Part shown: positions 38,346-50,986 of the stretch, in pieces
Position numbering within the stretch: the stretch's first letter is position 1
Layout: every line of letters starts with the position of its first letter
From: Octopus sinensis
Taxonomy: Eukaryota
NCBI RefSeq assembly: GCF_006345805.1
Contig: NC_043000.1
Span: 62,496,001-62,560,000 of the forward strand
Length of the DNA: 64,000 nt
Direction of reading: 5' to 3'
Translations under genes and position numbers: made by a program
Notes under the pieces: generated by a model
What the model saw: only the letters and a program-made list of their open reading frames with translations
Told to the model about the DNA's origin: nothing
The model's database searches: none

Positions 38346-40769
38346 CAAATGAATAACTGTTAGTTATGTGTTATGCATGTTGCTATAATATTAGTGAGGG
38401 TTAATGAGAAAAGAGATTCAGAACCAGGCTGTACGTTAGGGTTAACATGGAATTATCATCAAAATATGCCAAAATGTTGCAGTTGTTGAGCTTTCTTTTA
38501 TCCCTGCATCAACTGTCCGATGATTATACAGAAGTTCCTTCATTTTTTTGTGCTGTTAGGGGTGTCACCTGTCAACCAGCAGATCTGTGATCAAAGGTAT
38601 CCCAGTCATGACTAACTCCTCTTTCATTAAGGTTAGTGCACCTGAGTCTACATATCCAGTATGTTCTTCTCCCTAAAGGTGTGATGTTAATCATACCTAT
38701 TTGATATTTCTCGCAGGTAATGGAGCGACTGTGTACAGATTCCTTCACTGGTTTAAAATTACTAATGCTGCCTGCACTTTAGAGAATGTTTGTAACTATC
38801 CAAACATTTTGTATATCAGGTAGTTCATTGTCTAATGTATTTAAGGCAGAGAGGTATGGTTTGAAGGAGATTTGAGCGCTGCGTCTTGCGAGTTGAACGA
38901 CTCGTTGGTACGTGAGTTGATGTGTTTTTATTGACACTGCTTGACAACAAGAAACCATTTTGATACAGATCTAGCCCGAGCCCGTCCATGCGTCTGCAAT
39001 ACAAATTTCCTGTTTCTAAAGTGATCTAAATTAAAATCTACAGTCAAAATTTCAAGACAGATTATGTTCCAAACACCAGCTAAATAACAGCTAAGTTATT
39101 TTAATAAATTCTTCATTATTTAAAAATGCACTAATTGGAACAAAGGTAGCGGATGTCATCAGAAATATGAAAACAGAAGGGTAAACGAAAAGATGCTGTG
39201 GAACTGTCAATGACCAGGTCGCAATTATTGCGACGAAAATTTTAACACGAAATAATAAATGCTCAAGGGAAGTTAAATCCTTTGCGTATTTTGAAAGGCT
39301 AACGTGTGTATTTCACCCTGTAATTGTTTTAGTTTCGGTCTCAGAGCAAATCCCTTGCTAGAAAAGTATATCTCTTAAGAATGACCTTTAGGTCATCCCC
39401 TGAGGTGTAGGAGGTATTGATGATCTCAAGCCAGCAAGGGTATCTTTACACTGTCGCTCTATCACTGGCTTGAAATATCAGCTAAATATGCTTCGAATCA
39501 CACTGACCTGAAATTATACATCTCCAATAACAAAAATTCAAGGAACTTCTCTTTAGTCTTTCGAACTACAAGAAATATCAAATTATACTCCACCTAATCA
39601 GACCAAACCATCTTAAAAGTAAAGACACATTGGGTATACTATATCTGAATAAAAAACGGCCATGGCTACATCTGATAATCACAGCCATGGAAGATTTTGC
39701 TAATTGATCTGCTGAATGACAGGTGTTCTATGGCTAAACAAGTCCTGGTATACCATGAGCTTTGCCGAAGCTTATATGTGACTATTCAAGTTCTTAGAAA
39801 TATCAGTCATTATCTCAAGTCACATACAACGGTATTAATGTTGAATCTTGTTGTACTAGACGCATTAATATCTGGATAAAAGACAAAATGGCTATGGCTA
39901 GAATTCTTTTGATCACACGCCTGCCTGTTCGATTACAGCTAATCTGCGGCTGAACAATTGTTAGCATCCATTTTGTCTCGGGAGACAATGGTGTCGCGCA
40001 TAAAACAATCTAGTCCGGCTTTGAGATTTCATGTCCTAATACATCTCCTGCTGTGGCTATGCAGTCCTATCCTGGACAAACACTCCCTCTGTCAGGTGCC
40101 GCAAATGTAGCGAAGACTTTGGCTGAACAATAATCTCAGCAAAATGGGAAGCCCCCTCCTCCGAAGATAAACTTACTCACTAAACTTACTTACGAAATTC
40201 ACCTCTTCACCTCTAATAGTTTTTGTGTACTCGCCCCACTTCAAGCAGCCGTTCAACTATTCCACGGAAATAGCACATTTGGTTGTTGTTAATGTCATTT
40301 CTGTTGTACTTGATCAGTCTTGACTGAACAAATTTATAATTAAAAATCATTCCATTCGGCACCATCCCTTTCTTTCTCGGGTATTGTGTTTACAAGACTA
40401 CATCTTTCATTGTTATGTGTTAAGTTACCGTGGCTATCATTTATATCGGAAACTAAAAGTATCATCTATAATGTCTATTGTCGAAAGAAACCGATGTGCC
40501 CTATTATTGCGCCTCGTTTTAAAAATACTATCCCATCCCACATGTCGGTGTTGTTGGTACTGTTGCTGCTCTGTAGTTCTAGATCAAATCTTTTCGTGAT
40601 CTAAAATAAATGATCTTCCAACCATCCGTTTTTATAGAGTCTCTGCGACTACGTTGTCCAATATAATCTTTGTTTCAAGAAGATAGAGTGTAATTAACGA
40701 GTTATTTAGTTGCTACTCTCGGCAGGTTGAGTGACTACAGAAGAGGCTTTCTCGTTGAATCGATAACGA

Positions 40770-41200
40770 AGGCTTGAACTATCTTGCACATAAACGACGA
40801 AAAAAGCAACGTTTTGTTTATAAACGACGAAATCGGCAATCACTTTACTTATAGATTATAGCTTCAAATAGATTGTGCTTAAATGACAACTGTATCAACA
40901 AGCTTGCATGTAAATAGCATCGACAAAACTATCTTGCACAGGAACAACAACAACCATTGTTCATACAAAAACATCAAGTTTCAACTATAATACGTATAAA
41001 CAACAGTATCAAGTATCTTAGCTATAAACAACGACCGAGGCAAAAATCATATGTAAGAACAATAGCGATATTCTTTTACATAAACGACCACTGCACCAAC
41101 GATTTTCTGTAAGAATGATGACAGCGTCAACCCAGCTGCGCATGAAGAAAGTCATTACAGGCACTATTTAGTACAACACTCATCGTCGTTGTATACACTG
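40770..41200. repeat. Highly degenerate minisatellite with a unit of about 30 bp
   Basis: Recurrent TATCTTGCACATAAACGACGA / ATAAACAAC / TCAAC motifs at roughly 28-34-bp spacing. Confidence 0.45.
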
Positions 41201-43433
41201 TAAGTGTATACATGCTTTACAATGAAGTTGATGGATATGGCCTGTATATTACAGGTAATTGTTCATATTTGATTCTCAAACAGCAGAAAGATAAAGTACG
41301 ATGCTTACTAAACGATCTCCATTCCGGTATTTAGATACATATTATCACTGAGGAAAGTCCTTGAAAAATACCGCTTCCAGTCATCTTATCCTTTATCTCA
41401 AAAGTCGTAAAAAACATTTGCTAGATATCGTTCATCACAAACGAGGAATTTCTTGTGATTAGACAACCCAAAGGTATAGATACAATGCTTGTTGGCGAAA
41501 CGCTTGGCTGAGAAGTTAGAAAAACGTTAGCGCGTTTGAATGTTAATCTAAAGATCAGTATATCTTTTATTTTGCATATACGTACAAATGCACCCACGCA
41601 CATATACAAATATATTTACAAATGTGCCTCTACACTGATATTTAACACACTTGTGTACATTCGAACGTGTGAAGGTCTTTCGCGGAGATAGTCAAGAAAG
41701 AGAACACATTATCCTCATAGACAATATGTGTGAAAACACATTGGGCTATGAATAACATCATGGAATATCCAATGTTGTCTACGAGAAGAAAGTTCTCTCA
41801 CGTTCGGGTGCATACGAATGGGATAAATATGTATATATTGTATATATTTTATTCAATGCTGCTTTTCAATACTTACATATATGCATAAATACACAGAAAC
41901 ATATGCCACATACATAATTCATACGAATGTGCACATACTTTTTGGTAAGGATGGATGTATATATATATATATTGATATTGATATATGCCACAAAACTTAT
42001 CCAAAATTTGATAGCATTATCTAAGCGTTATCTAAGCCTAATAAGATTATCTATAATACATTGAAAGTCAGTTTGAATCTTGCTTGCTTGCAATGTTACC
42101 CAGCAAAACTGATGCATAATGGGAAAATACTATGAATTACGTTTACCCTGAAATGTTAATACGAATGGAATGAAACATGTTTTACGTAAATTGGAGCAGT
42201 AGTTATTGAGATATTCGGGGTTTGGGGGTAGGAATACCAAAAATGGTGCATAATGTGAAAAAGTTCCGATATAACTTCATCCTGAAAGGGAAGAAACTCT
42301 AACCTTTCGATTAAACAATGATTTGACAACGAAAAACAACGATTTGTTTCTTTACAGTAAATATTTCTATTTTTGCTTTCGTTAAACAAAATATTTTAAC
42401 CATTTAGAAATATTTTCAAGTGAATGTGATTTCAAAAATCTAAGTTGTTTGTACAGTAAGTACTTATATTTTAGCTTTCTTTAAACAGACAATATTTTAA
42501 TGTTTTTTTTTTTTAGAAATACCGTTACAAAAGTTTTTGTGGCATATCTAAAATTATTCTAAAGTGAAAATGACTTTAAAAATACGGTAAATATTTCGTA
42601 AAAGACCCATTCGTAACCTTGGTGTGAAATAGTTTTTTCCCATAGGTTTTTTTTCGAGTGCATTCAACGTATCTCACCTCCAATGATTTGGCTGCTATTT
42701 CGAGCATACTCTGCTATTTGCGATAAAGGTCCTGAAATACCTGTTACAGCTATTCACGATAAAGGACCCGAAATACCTGTTACGTGGTAGCAGGACGCGC
42801 AAGAAATAGCTACCAAATCTCCTTTTCTGTGAAAAAGAGCTATTTACGCATGAGTTCGATGTTACATTCGTTGAAAGCATGCCAAATAATCTGGAAAAGC
42901 TAAACAAAGACACGAAACAAAACTCCGTTGCTGGGAAACTTAGGGTTTTCTGGTAACCCAACGGGTCACGGATAGTCTAATCTATGATTAAAAACATCCA
43001 ATTTCAGTATAAGTGACCTCCAGAAACCCTGGATCCCCATCAGCTATCAAACGGATATCACTGTTTCGACACCTGAGCAGGACATTCAATCCGGTTGTGT
43101 CAACAGCATTAAAAAACGTTAAGCGATACCTTGGAATCACTAGTAATCAGCAGGAGCGGGACATTATCAGAGTACTTCATTACTCCAGAATCTGCTTGTC
43201 ATTACAAGTCTCAACATGAAGTAAACAGCATTAACTTCAACTTACAAAACCCACACTTCATATAAATAGGGGTGCATGTAGTTAAGTTTAAAGCGAACTG
43301 GATCTATTGATCTCATATATCGTAAGACAGTAAGTAACGTGGTATGTGCCGCTTATGGGCTTGTTACACCTTGGTATATTTTTGATCATGCTTTCAGGCC
43401 TGAAATTTGTTATAATATCATTTGTATAAGAAA

Positions 43434-43950
43434 CTAGCAGTATCGCCCGGCGTTGCTCGGATTTGTAAGGGAAATAACTATATAAGCATTTTTAGAGAGT
43501 TACTTCCTTTATAGATGCCAATTTGGGCTTTCTTAGCCATTTCTGTTTTGGTGTCTTCAAGCCATGAAGTCGTTGTTCTAAAAGAACGCTGGTCTCCTTG
43601 ACAACGCTTTACGACGTTGATTTCCTTACACTCCCTTCCCCACAGCTTCACGAGGGAGGGAAGAAGGGGGAGAAGCAAACACAGGTGCAGGTGTTTGAGC
43701 GTGGACGCCAACTCCGCCGCTATCGACACACGAAAAATTATGCATTAAAATGGAATAAAAAATTATGTTAAATTATTTTTAAAATCGTAGACTCATCATA
43801 GACGCGCGCTAATAGCCAGACGGGCTCGATATGAATCACGACTATAAGATACCCGAATTTGGTTAAACTGCACCGCAAAATGTGGGAGGAGTTAGGAATC
43901 TAAATCGTAGGAGACAGACACTCACACAACTACAGTTTTATATATATAGA
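43434..43950 (-). mobile_element. Non-autonomous Helitron, 517 bp (second copy)
   Basis: Same termini and length as 25739-26255 with scattered substitutions. Confidence 0.85.
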
Positions 43951-44064
43951 TTTGTTATAAGATCATGCTTTCAGTCCACGACAATTTGTTATAATATCAA
44001 TATAACGTTCGAGAAATTAACAGCGAATTACAGAAACCAAACAAGTAGTTATGATTTTAGTCCC

Positions 44065-44227
44065 TCTTCTTCTTCTTCTTCTTCTTCTTCTTCTTCTTCT
44101 TCTTCTTCTTCTTCTTCTTCTTCTTCTTCTTCTTTCTTCTTCTTCTTCTTTCTTCTTCTTCTTCTTCTTCTTCTTCTTCTTCTTCTTCTTCTTCTTCTTC
44201 TTCTTCTTCTTCTTCTTCTTCTTCTTC
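44065..44227. repeat. (TTC)n/(GAA)n tract of about 160 bp
   Basis: Direct reading; probably the tail of the adjacent minus-strand RTE. Confidence 0.95.
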
Positions 44228-44740
44228 GCCTTCTGCTTCCCATAGTAACAGTTAGCGTACAACTTGAACTTTTCTTTGCCAACAGTGTCCCACAAACTTA
44301 ACTCCACATCGTTTGATGGTTTATGTTAATAATTGTATATTTCTATACAATAAACTCTCCAGTAAATGTTGCTCCCAAGAAACGTTTTACACTCTCTTAA
44401 ACATCTTGGTATATGATTCATTTTGTAAGTGTCCAACCTACAGTTCCATATATCAATATGCTTTCTACGGTAACTCTAAAAAACTGTATTTTGAAGTCAT
44501 TAGATAGATTTTGCTTCCCCGCTGTGGACATCCTGTTCATCGAAGACCGTGCCAAATCAAATTTTGCTTCAGTCCACCATGAACAGAAAAGGTATATGAG
44601 TGTCACCTTGAAGAACTCCTGCCATGATAACATAGAAATCTGTATCACCATCAGGTGATAAAACCTGAACAACAGGTTTTTACATCTAAAGTGTGCCTGG
44701 TATGCCACATAACCTAAAAGTCTGTATCAGTTTGAATTGA
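44228..44740 (-). mobile_element. RTE-clade LINE 3' fragment
   Basis: NLSNDFKIQFFRVTVESILIYGTVGWTLTK fits the RTE C-terminal region (K...F.A.VES.LLYG.E.WTLTK). Confidence 0.7.
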
Positions 44741-45358
44741 TGCAGTGAGTTGAAAGACCTTACTTTTGTCTGCAAACGATATAACAGCTGTGTGGTTCTG
44801 ATCTTTGGTACCTTCAGTAAGTCTTTGTGTCTCTCATATTCTTCCCATAAGATATTAGTCAACCCAAGGCTATAGTAGAAGCCATTTACCTAGAATACCC
44901 CATTGTGGGATCGAACTCGAAATCAAGTAGTTGAGAAGTGCCTCCACTCTTAAATGTATCTTTGTTATCGAAACTATACCATAATATTGTTTCAGTTGTC
45001 AAGACCAACAAATCAACCACACCTTTAAATACGAACAAATCCTATCATAAAAACAGCATTCCAACAATTATCTTTCAAACAATCCTTCGTATTTAACCAC
45101 TCATACATTCGAGTTGCTCGAAATTTGATCAGATATCTATCTACTAGGCATTAAACGACTGTGTGATGAGTTTAACGAGAAGCGTACTGTTTATTACACG
45201 GTGATCATAATTAGTACTGAAGTCGCAGTCCACTAGCTATGCGAACAGTGACTAGAGGGAATAATTGTCTGAATAAGATTTCAGTTTCCCAGTTACTTCC
45301 ACCAAGCTCTTAAAAAGACTAGAACTCAAAACAGCAAAGTAACAAAACAGTTGTTAAT

Positions 45359-46559
45359 TATTCTGGCTTGACCAAAGAGTTCGTTCGATTTTTGTTGGGA
45401 CTATATTTCAAACTCTCATATAAATAGCTAAGTTTGTCCTTTGTACATGTGCACGCATTAGAGAATTGATATGTTATATCTTTTGTGTGCTTGTGGTCAC
45501 TCTGAAAAGAGAGAACCAAAACGAGTATTGTCGACACCTCAAGCTCTTTTATTTTTAAAAAGACAAGAAAGCGGTGTAAACCTGCAAAAAGATAGGTATT
45601 GTGATATAGAAGATGTTGTTACGGACCATGTGTGAAAGAAATGATTTTCAAGAATTCGATAGGAAAATGTTTCGGTCTTCGCTCTGGCCAGCAAACTAAG
45701 ATTAACAGCGACAAAATGAAGGAGTTAGTTCACACCAAACCACATTATACCACCGGGATGATCGCAGATATTCTCCATATATCCAAATCAATTGGGGAAA
45801 ATTTTCTGCATCCATAATTTTCCATCTGTAGGAACCATTTCAATTGAATGACGCTAACGTCACTGAACATTTTTTCATCTACAATTTTATGCAGAAACGT
45901 GAATAATAGGATCTTTTTTTAAGAGAATGGTGATAGGGGACGAAAGTGAATCGTCAATAACAATGTGAATCGCAAATGATCATAACTTCAGCGCAGCGAA
46001 CCATCCCAAACAAGCTCGAAAACAGGAATTCGCCCCAAGAATGTTATGCTTTCAATTTGGTAGGACTGAAAGTTTGTTGTCTTTCATGAGCTTCCCACAC
46101 ACAGATCCATCGATTCAGATTTGTACTGTGCCTAACTGGACAAATTAAATACACTGATCCACCAGAAGCGTCCAGCACTTGCTGATCGTAAGAACATTGC
46201 CTTTCATTATGACAACGCCAAGCTAAACAGCACACTTTTTCGCAGAGGCGGCAAAATTTACTGGTACATGACTGGGGAAGTTTGCATCACCCTTGTACAT
46301 TCGCATTTCCAGCTGTTTCAGTTTCTTCAAAATTCATTGAATGGTCTAACCTTCAACACTGAAGGTCATGTAAAAATTCAACTGGAATAGTTTTTCGCCA
46401 GTAAAAACAGGAAATTCTTTTAAGCAAGAAATAAGATGGTAGAAGATACTGGAATAAAACGGTAATTATATCATTGATATAGACACAACTAACTTTGTGT
46501 TTAAAACTTTATCTTATTTTCTCTTAGAAAACCGAACATAATTTTTGGCCAACCCAATA
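45359..46559 (+). mobile_element. Degenerate full-length mariner element
   Basis: Diverged TIRs (TATTCTGGCTTGACCAAAGAGTTCG / CCGAAC...TTGGCCAACCCAATA); traces of GDE, VMLSIW, HYDNA and WGSLHHP motifs; about 1.2 kb. Confidence 0.7.
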
Positions 46560-46689
46560 AATTAGCCCCACAGTTTAAACATTTTTACAGTTACGTAAAC
46601 TAAACAAGTTCTTAAGATGTTGCTGTTTAACCTCAGGTCAGAACTCATCGAATGCACCGATTTGCAAAACATTCAATGCTATAACAAGC

Positions 46690-46960
46690 AACTGTAAAGA
46701 GAGATAATTGATAAGGCCCAGTGGTGAGTATGTTAGGAATCGTTGATACCAACATTGCAACTTCAAATACGATTATTTCGAGGTGTCTCAGGTTTCGGTT
46801 TTGTCCACAAAACTCTTCCTCCTATACATTAACAACCTGTTTGCAGCCTCCTCCGACGAGAGCTGGCAGGTTATCACATGCCATCTCCATACCTGCACTC
46901 CCAACTTGATATTGTTTCTTCTTCCCGTCATCTATATTGTACTCCATCACATCTACAAGG
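46690..46960 (+). mobile_element. LINE RT remnant
   Basis: SQVSVLSTKLFLLYINNL resembles QGSVLSP.LF...INDL. Confidence 0.5.
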
Positions 46961-47496
46961 CATCGCATGAAACCTGTACACCAAGCCCATCGCGCCAGAA
47001 CGGCGACCCGCTGAAATTACGTTCTTGAATATGTTTTTTCTTGCAGCCGTCGATCTGCAGCTTGTCAAGGAGAGATATTAACTGCATTAACCTCGCTGGT
47101 TTCGGTGTACGTGTGATTGCAACTGGCATGGCTTCTTCAGCTAAATGAACACACACGCACACACATACATGCATACTTTATGTATAAGTAAATATTCTAT
47201 GCTGATAAATATGAATGTACATATGTTTGAATGCATATGATCCGGAGATTATATGCATGTTATATATGATATATATAACATATACAATATACAATGTATA
47301 TAAATACAATAAATATGTGCATATGATCATATGTTTGTAAGCTTCTAGCAGTAAGTGGCTGGTTTAAAGAACAAAACGTGGACAGTATACGATGAGATAC
47401 AATAATAATTTATTGGCACCGAGAACAATTGCATCGCGAGTTTCAGTCACCTAAGAAATAAATGAAGCATGCATTTTACCTCTTCCACTCCCTCAA

Positions 47497-47550
<54 letters not shown>

Positions 47551-47833
47551 TGTGTGTGTGTGTTTGCATGTATGTGTGTGTACACATATTAACATATACA
47601 CATATTATATATTAAAATTACATTTATCCCTACTTAAAAGTGGATGTTCTTTTGCAACAAATAAACACTGCGGTAGTTACCGTGAGAACTTTCATATTGG
47701 CTTTCGGTGCAAAATGCATTTTTATATCGCTAGCGAGGAGAGAGGTGGCGTGTATTTGTTTGATATTAATACAGCTTCTGTCGCTAATATAGATACATTT
47801 ATGCTAAATATATAAATAGACAGATATGTGTAG

Positions 47834-47923
<90 letters not shown>

Positions 47924-48089
47924 TTACGGGTACCGAAAAGAAATGTATTTTCTAGCAAATAACCTGACGTCTTACCACAAATAGTTACAAGACAATAAAT
48001 TTACTTTTGCAATTAACCAATCAACATAGAGTTAATGACCAAACGTTAATGTAGACACGGCTCTGGGTGATTATATACCAATACCCATG

Positions 48090-48420
48090 GAACACCAACT
48101 GTTCTCTATAATCTTCTCAATAATGACGTGAAAACAATAACTAAAGGAGCTCTGCATCAAAGTATCGGGGATTTATCCTAGGACTTAATAAACCTTTATC
48201 CACTGTGCAATATCTCCTCAAGCAGATTGGGAAAATGTATAGAAAAAGAAAGTGGATGCAACATGATAATGCAAGGCCGTATATTAGAAAAGATAACCCA
48301 AGAAATGATAAATTCATTAAGCTGGGAAGGTTTATCTCACACTTCCTACGTTCCCAGTTCCGTCACCGCAGACGATGACCAAATATTTATCTTCGATACT
48401 GATGGGTGACCAGTCCCGCG
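48090..48420 (+). mobile_element. Very degenerate mariner fragment
   Basis: INSLSWEGLSHTSYVPSSVTADDDQIF resembles ..LGWEVLPHPPYSPDLAPSDYHLF. Confidence 0.35.
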
Positions 48421-48924
48421 CCATACGTTATCATGGGTGCGAATAGTGCCACATCCCATATGTATGAATATACTGGTTCTGGGAGTACTTCGTTCAAACC
48501 ACGTTTTCTTAGCCACTAATCATCCTTCAGAATCTCAGAAAGATGTTATGTCACATCCTTGGGCCGCCATGTTTGGCACCTCAAATATCAAGAAACCCCG
48601 TGTGATATCAGGTGTAAATTAATTGATCATCCGGGCCTGTATATTAATGGAGGTTGCCGTTGCACGATTTACCTCACGGAGAGAGTCTAAATTCTTAAGG
48701 ACAATAAGAAACCTGGCGCATATATTTCAAGCACTAACTACTGAAAAATTGGATCTCTCTGTTTGCTAGTTAGGCCTCTTTGGGTTTATAGGATTTTTTT
48801 CCTCCCTCTGATTCACGGGAGATAACCCGTCTTCATCTACGTTTTCTTTTTTGTTAAGACGTCTTCCTCGAGTTCTGAGTGGTTCCTCACGTTTCCGACG
48901 TAGATATTTAAAATTTTATATTTG

Positions 48925-48977
48925 CATAGAGCCTGATGAGCTGTCCACAGGGATGCGAAACCTTTGATAACTCTATG
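48925..48977 (+). ncRNA. Degenerate type I hammerhead-like motif
   Basis: CATAGAG-C CTGATGA GC-TGTCCACAGGGAT-GC GAAA CCTTTGA TA A-CTCTATG; intact core, 7-bp distal stem I, mismatches next to the core and in stems II and III. Confidence 0.45.
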
Positions 48978-49190
48978 TCCCAGATATAAAACTTTTGTTG
49001 TAACAATTACTGCTCTATTCTTTAGAATATGCTTCTTTCTGATATGTTTTTTATTAACCACAAACACATACACACACACACACACATATATATATATGTA
49101 TATATAAATATATATATGTATATATATATGTATATGTATATATATACTAGCAAACACACCCGTCTTTTGGACAGTTTAAGTTGCTTCGGT

Positions 49191-49438
49191 AGTATTTTTT
49201 TCACCAAACAATTGAACTACCGAGAAGGTTTATGTGTCGCGCGGCAGTGGCTGTGCGGTAAGTAGCTTCTTTACCAACCACATGGTTTCGGGTTCATTAC
49301 CACTACGTGGTACCTTGGGTAAGTGTCTTCTACTATAGCTTCGGGCCGACCAAAGCCTTGTGAGTGGAGTTGGTAGGCGGAAACTGAAAGAAGCCCGTCT
49401 ATATATGTATATGTATATATATATATATGTGTATATAT

Positions 49439-49514
<76 letters not shown>

Positions 49515-49745
49515 TATATATACATATACATATATAGACGGGCTTCTTTCAGTTTCCGCCTACCAACTCCACTCACAAGGCTTTGGTCGGCCCGAAGCTA
49601 TAGTAGAAGACACTTACCCAAGGTACCACGTAGTGGTAATGAACCCGGAACCATGTGGTTGGTAAAGAAGCTACTTACCGCACAGCCACTGCCGCGCGAC
49701 ACATAAACCTTCTCGGTAGTTCAATTGTTTGGTGAAAAAAATACT
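49191..49745. repeat. Near-perfect inverted duplication of unique flank plus SINE B head around (TA)n
   Basis: 49191 to about 49430 vs about 49500-49745; one substitution noticed (TTTCGGG vs TTCCGGG). Confidence 0.95.
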
Positions 49746-49970
49746 GCTAAGTTACGGGGACGTATACACACCACCATCGGTTGTCAGGCAATGTTGGGGG
49801 ACAAACAAAGACACACAATTATATACACACACATACATATATATATATAGAAAATAGTAAAAAGTGAAAAAACTACAGAAGGCTTGTTTTAGAAGGTTAA
49901 AAAATATATATTTGAGTCATTATGTCTGAAGAATGTTATAAATTTTTTTCATACTATGACATAGTTTTTG

Positions 49971-50009
49971 AAGAAAGACCGGTTTCGCGTTCAGCTTTTC
50001 AAATTTCTT
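49971..50009 (-). ncRNA. Minimal hammerhead-like motif (U3-A8 core) in the PLE pLTR, sense to the GIY-YIG ORF
   Basis: AAGAAA T TTGAAAA GC TGAAC GC GAAA CCGGT C TTTCTT; palindromic ACCGGT, GUC triplet; 1-nt bulge and only a 2-bp stem II. Confidence 0.55.
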
Positions 50010-50111
50010 ACATCGTTATGTTTACGTTGAGAAGTGTGAAGGAGAGTGAAAGAGAGTTCCAGATAAGGGGAGGTAATAAGGGATTTCTTCCGGTGTAAGG
50101 GAGATAATCGC

Positions 50112-50440
50112 TTAATATTTCTTGCTTTTCTTTTGGAGTGAGTTTCTCTGTATAAGAATGTTGGAATGGTTAAGTTTGGGCTTGTATTTTTCAATGAAGA
50201 ATGTTTCCTTGTTTAGTCTAATTTGTGTTGGTGTTCCGATAGCACATTGGTAAAATGGAAAGATTAAAAATTGTGGTAGTACTTGCTTTGCGCATTTCTC
50301 AATGTGCTCACTAAAGGGTATCATTCTGTATTCTGGGAATGCAATCTGTTGTCGATGCAGTGTGCATCTACGTCTGAGTGATAGTCCCGTGGACCCCACG
50401 TAGTTTTGGTGGCAGCCCGAGCATTTTATGACATAAATTA
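50112..50440 (-). pseudogene. Penelope-type GIY-YIG endonuclease C-terminal fragment
   Basis: IIYVIKCSGCHQNYVGSTGLSLRRRCTLHRQQI...SEHIEKC...RLNKETFFIEKYKPKLN (GIY-YIG with CxxC and the terminal LN typical of PLEs). Confidence 0.9.
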
Positions 50441-50446
50441 TGATGT

Positions 50447-50485
50447 AAGAAATTTGAAAAGCTGAACGCGAAACCGGTCTTTCTT
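50447..50485 (+). ncRNA. Inverted copy of the same U3-A8 hammerhead-like motif
   Basis: Reverse complement of 49971-50009. Confidence 0.55.
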
Positions 50486-50629
50486 CAAAAACTATGTCAT
50501 TGTATGAAAAAATTTTATAACATTCTTCAGACATAATGACTCAAATATATATTTTTTAACCTTCTAAAACAAGCCTTCTGTAGTTTTTTCACTTTTTACT
50601 ATTTTCTATATATATATATGTATGTGTGT

Positions 50630-50835
50630 GTATATAATTGTGTGTCTTTGTTTGTCCCCCCAACATTGCCTGACAACCGATTGTGGTGTGTATACGTCCC
50701 CGTAACTTAGCAGTTCGGCAAAAGAGACCGATAGAATAAGTACTAGGCTTCCAAAGAATAAGTCCTGGGGTCGATTTGTTCGACTAAAGGCGGTGCTCTA
50801 GCATGGCCGCAGTCAAATGACTGAAACAAGAAAAA
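50630..50835 (+). mobile_element. SINE family B tail (probably the partner of the head at 49232)
   Basis: TTTGTCCCCCAACATTGCC...GGCAAAAGAGACCGATAG...GCAGTCAAATGACTGAAACAAG. Confidence 0.65.
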
Positions 50836-50923
50836 GAGCAAAAGAATAAAAGAGAGAGATAAGCTAACAAAAGTCCCTTTTACGTTATTTACATTTGACG
50901 GATATTTGTCCTTGTTTGTTGTT

Positions 50924-50969
50924 AACACAACGTTTCGGCTGATATACCCTCTAGCCTTCATCAGGTGTC
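50924..50969 (-). ncRNA. Minimal type I hammerhead with an extra A after A9
   Basis: Minus: GACAC CTGATGA A GGCT-AGAGGGTATATC-AGCC GAAA CGT T GTGTT. Confidence 0.7.
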
Positions 50970-50986
50970 TTAGGGAAATTTCGAAC

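Larger units (their letters stand above)
49743..50714 (-). mobile_element. 5'-truncated Penelope-like element (GIY-YIG end plus pLTR) with inverted terminal duplication
   Basis: Arms 49743-50014 and 50442-50714 are near-identical inverted copies enclosing the GIY-YIG coding end. Confidence 0.9.

Noticed and set aside
42721-42786. 36-bp two-copy repeat (GATAAAGG.CC.GAAATACCTGTTAC)
   Set aside because: Probably a subterminal repeat of an unidentified DNA transposon; no termini could be established.
43882-44307. Poly-S/L/K/R/E ORFs
   Set aside because: Readings of the (TTC)n tract.
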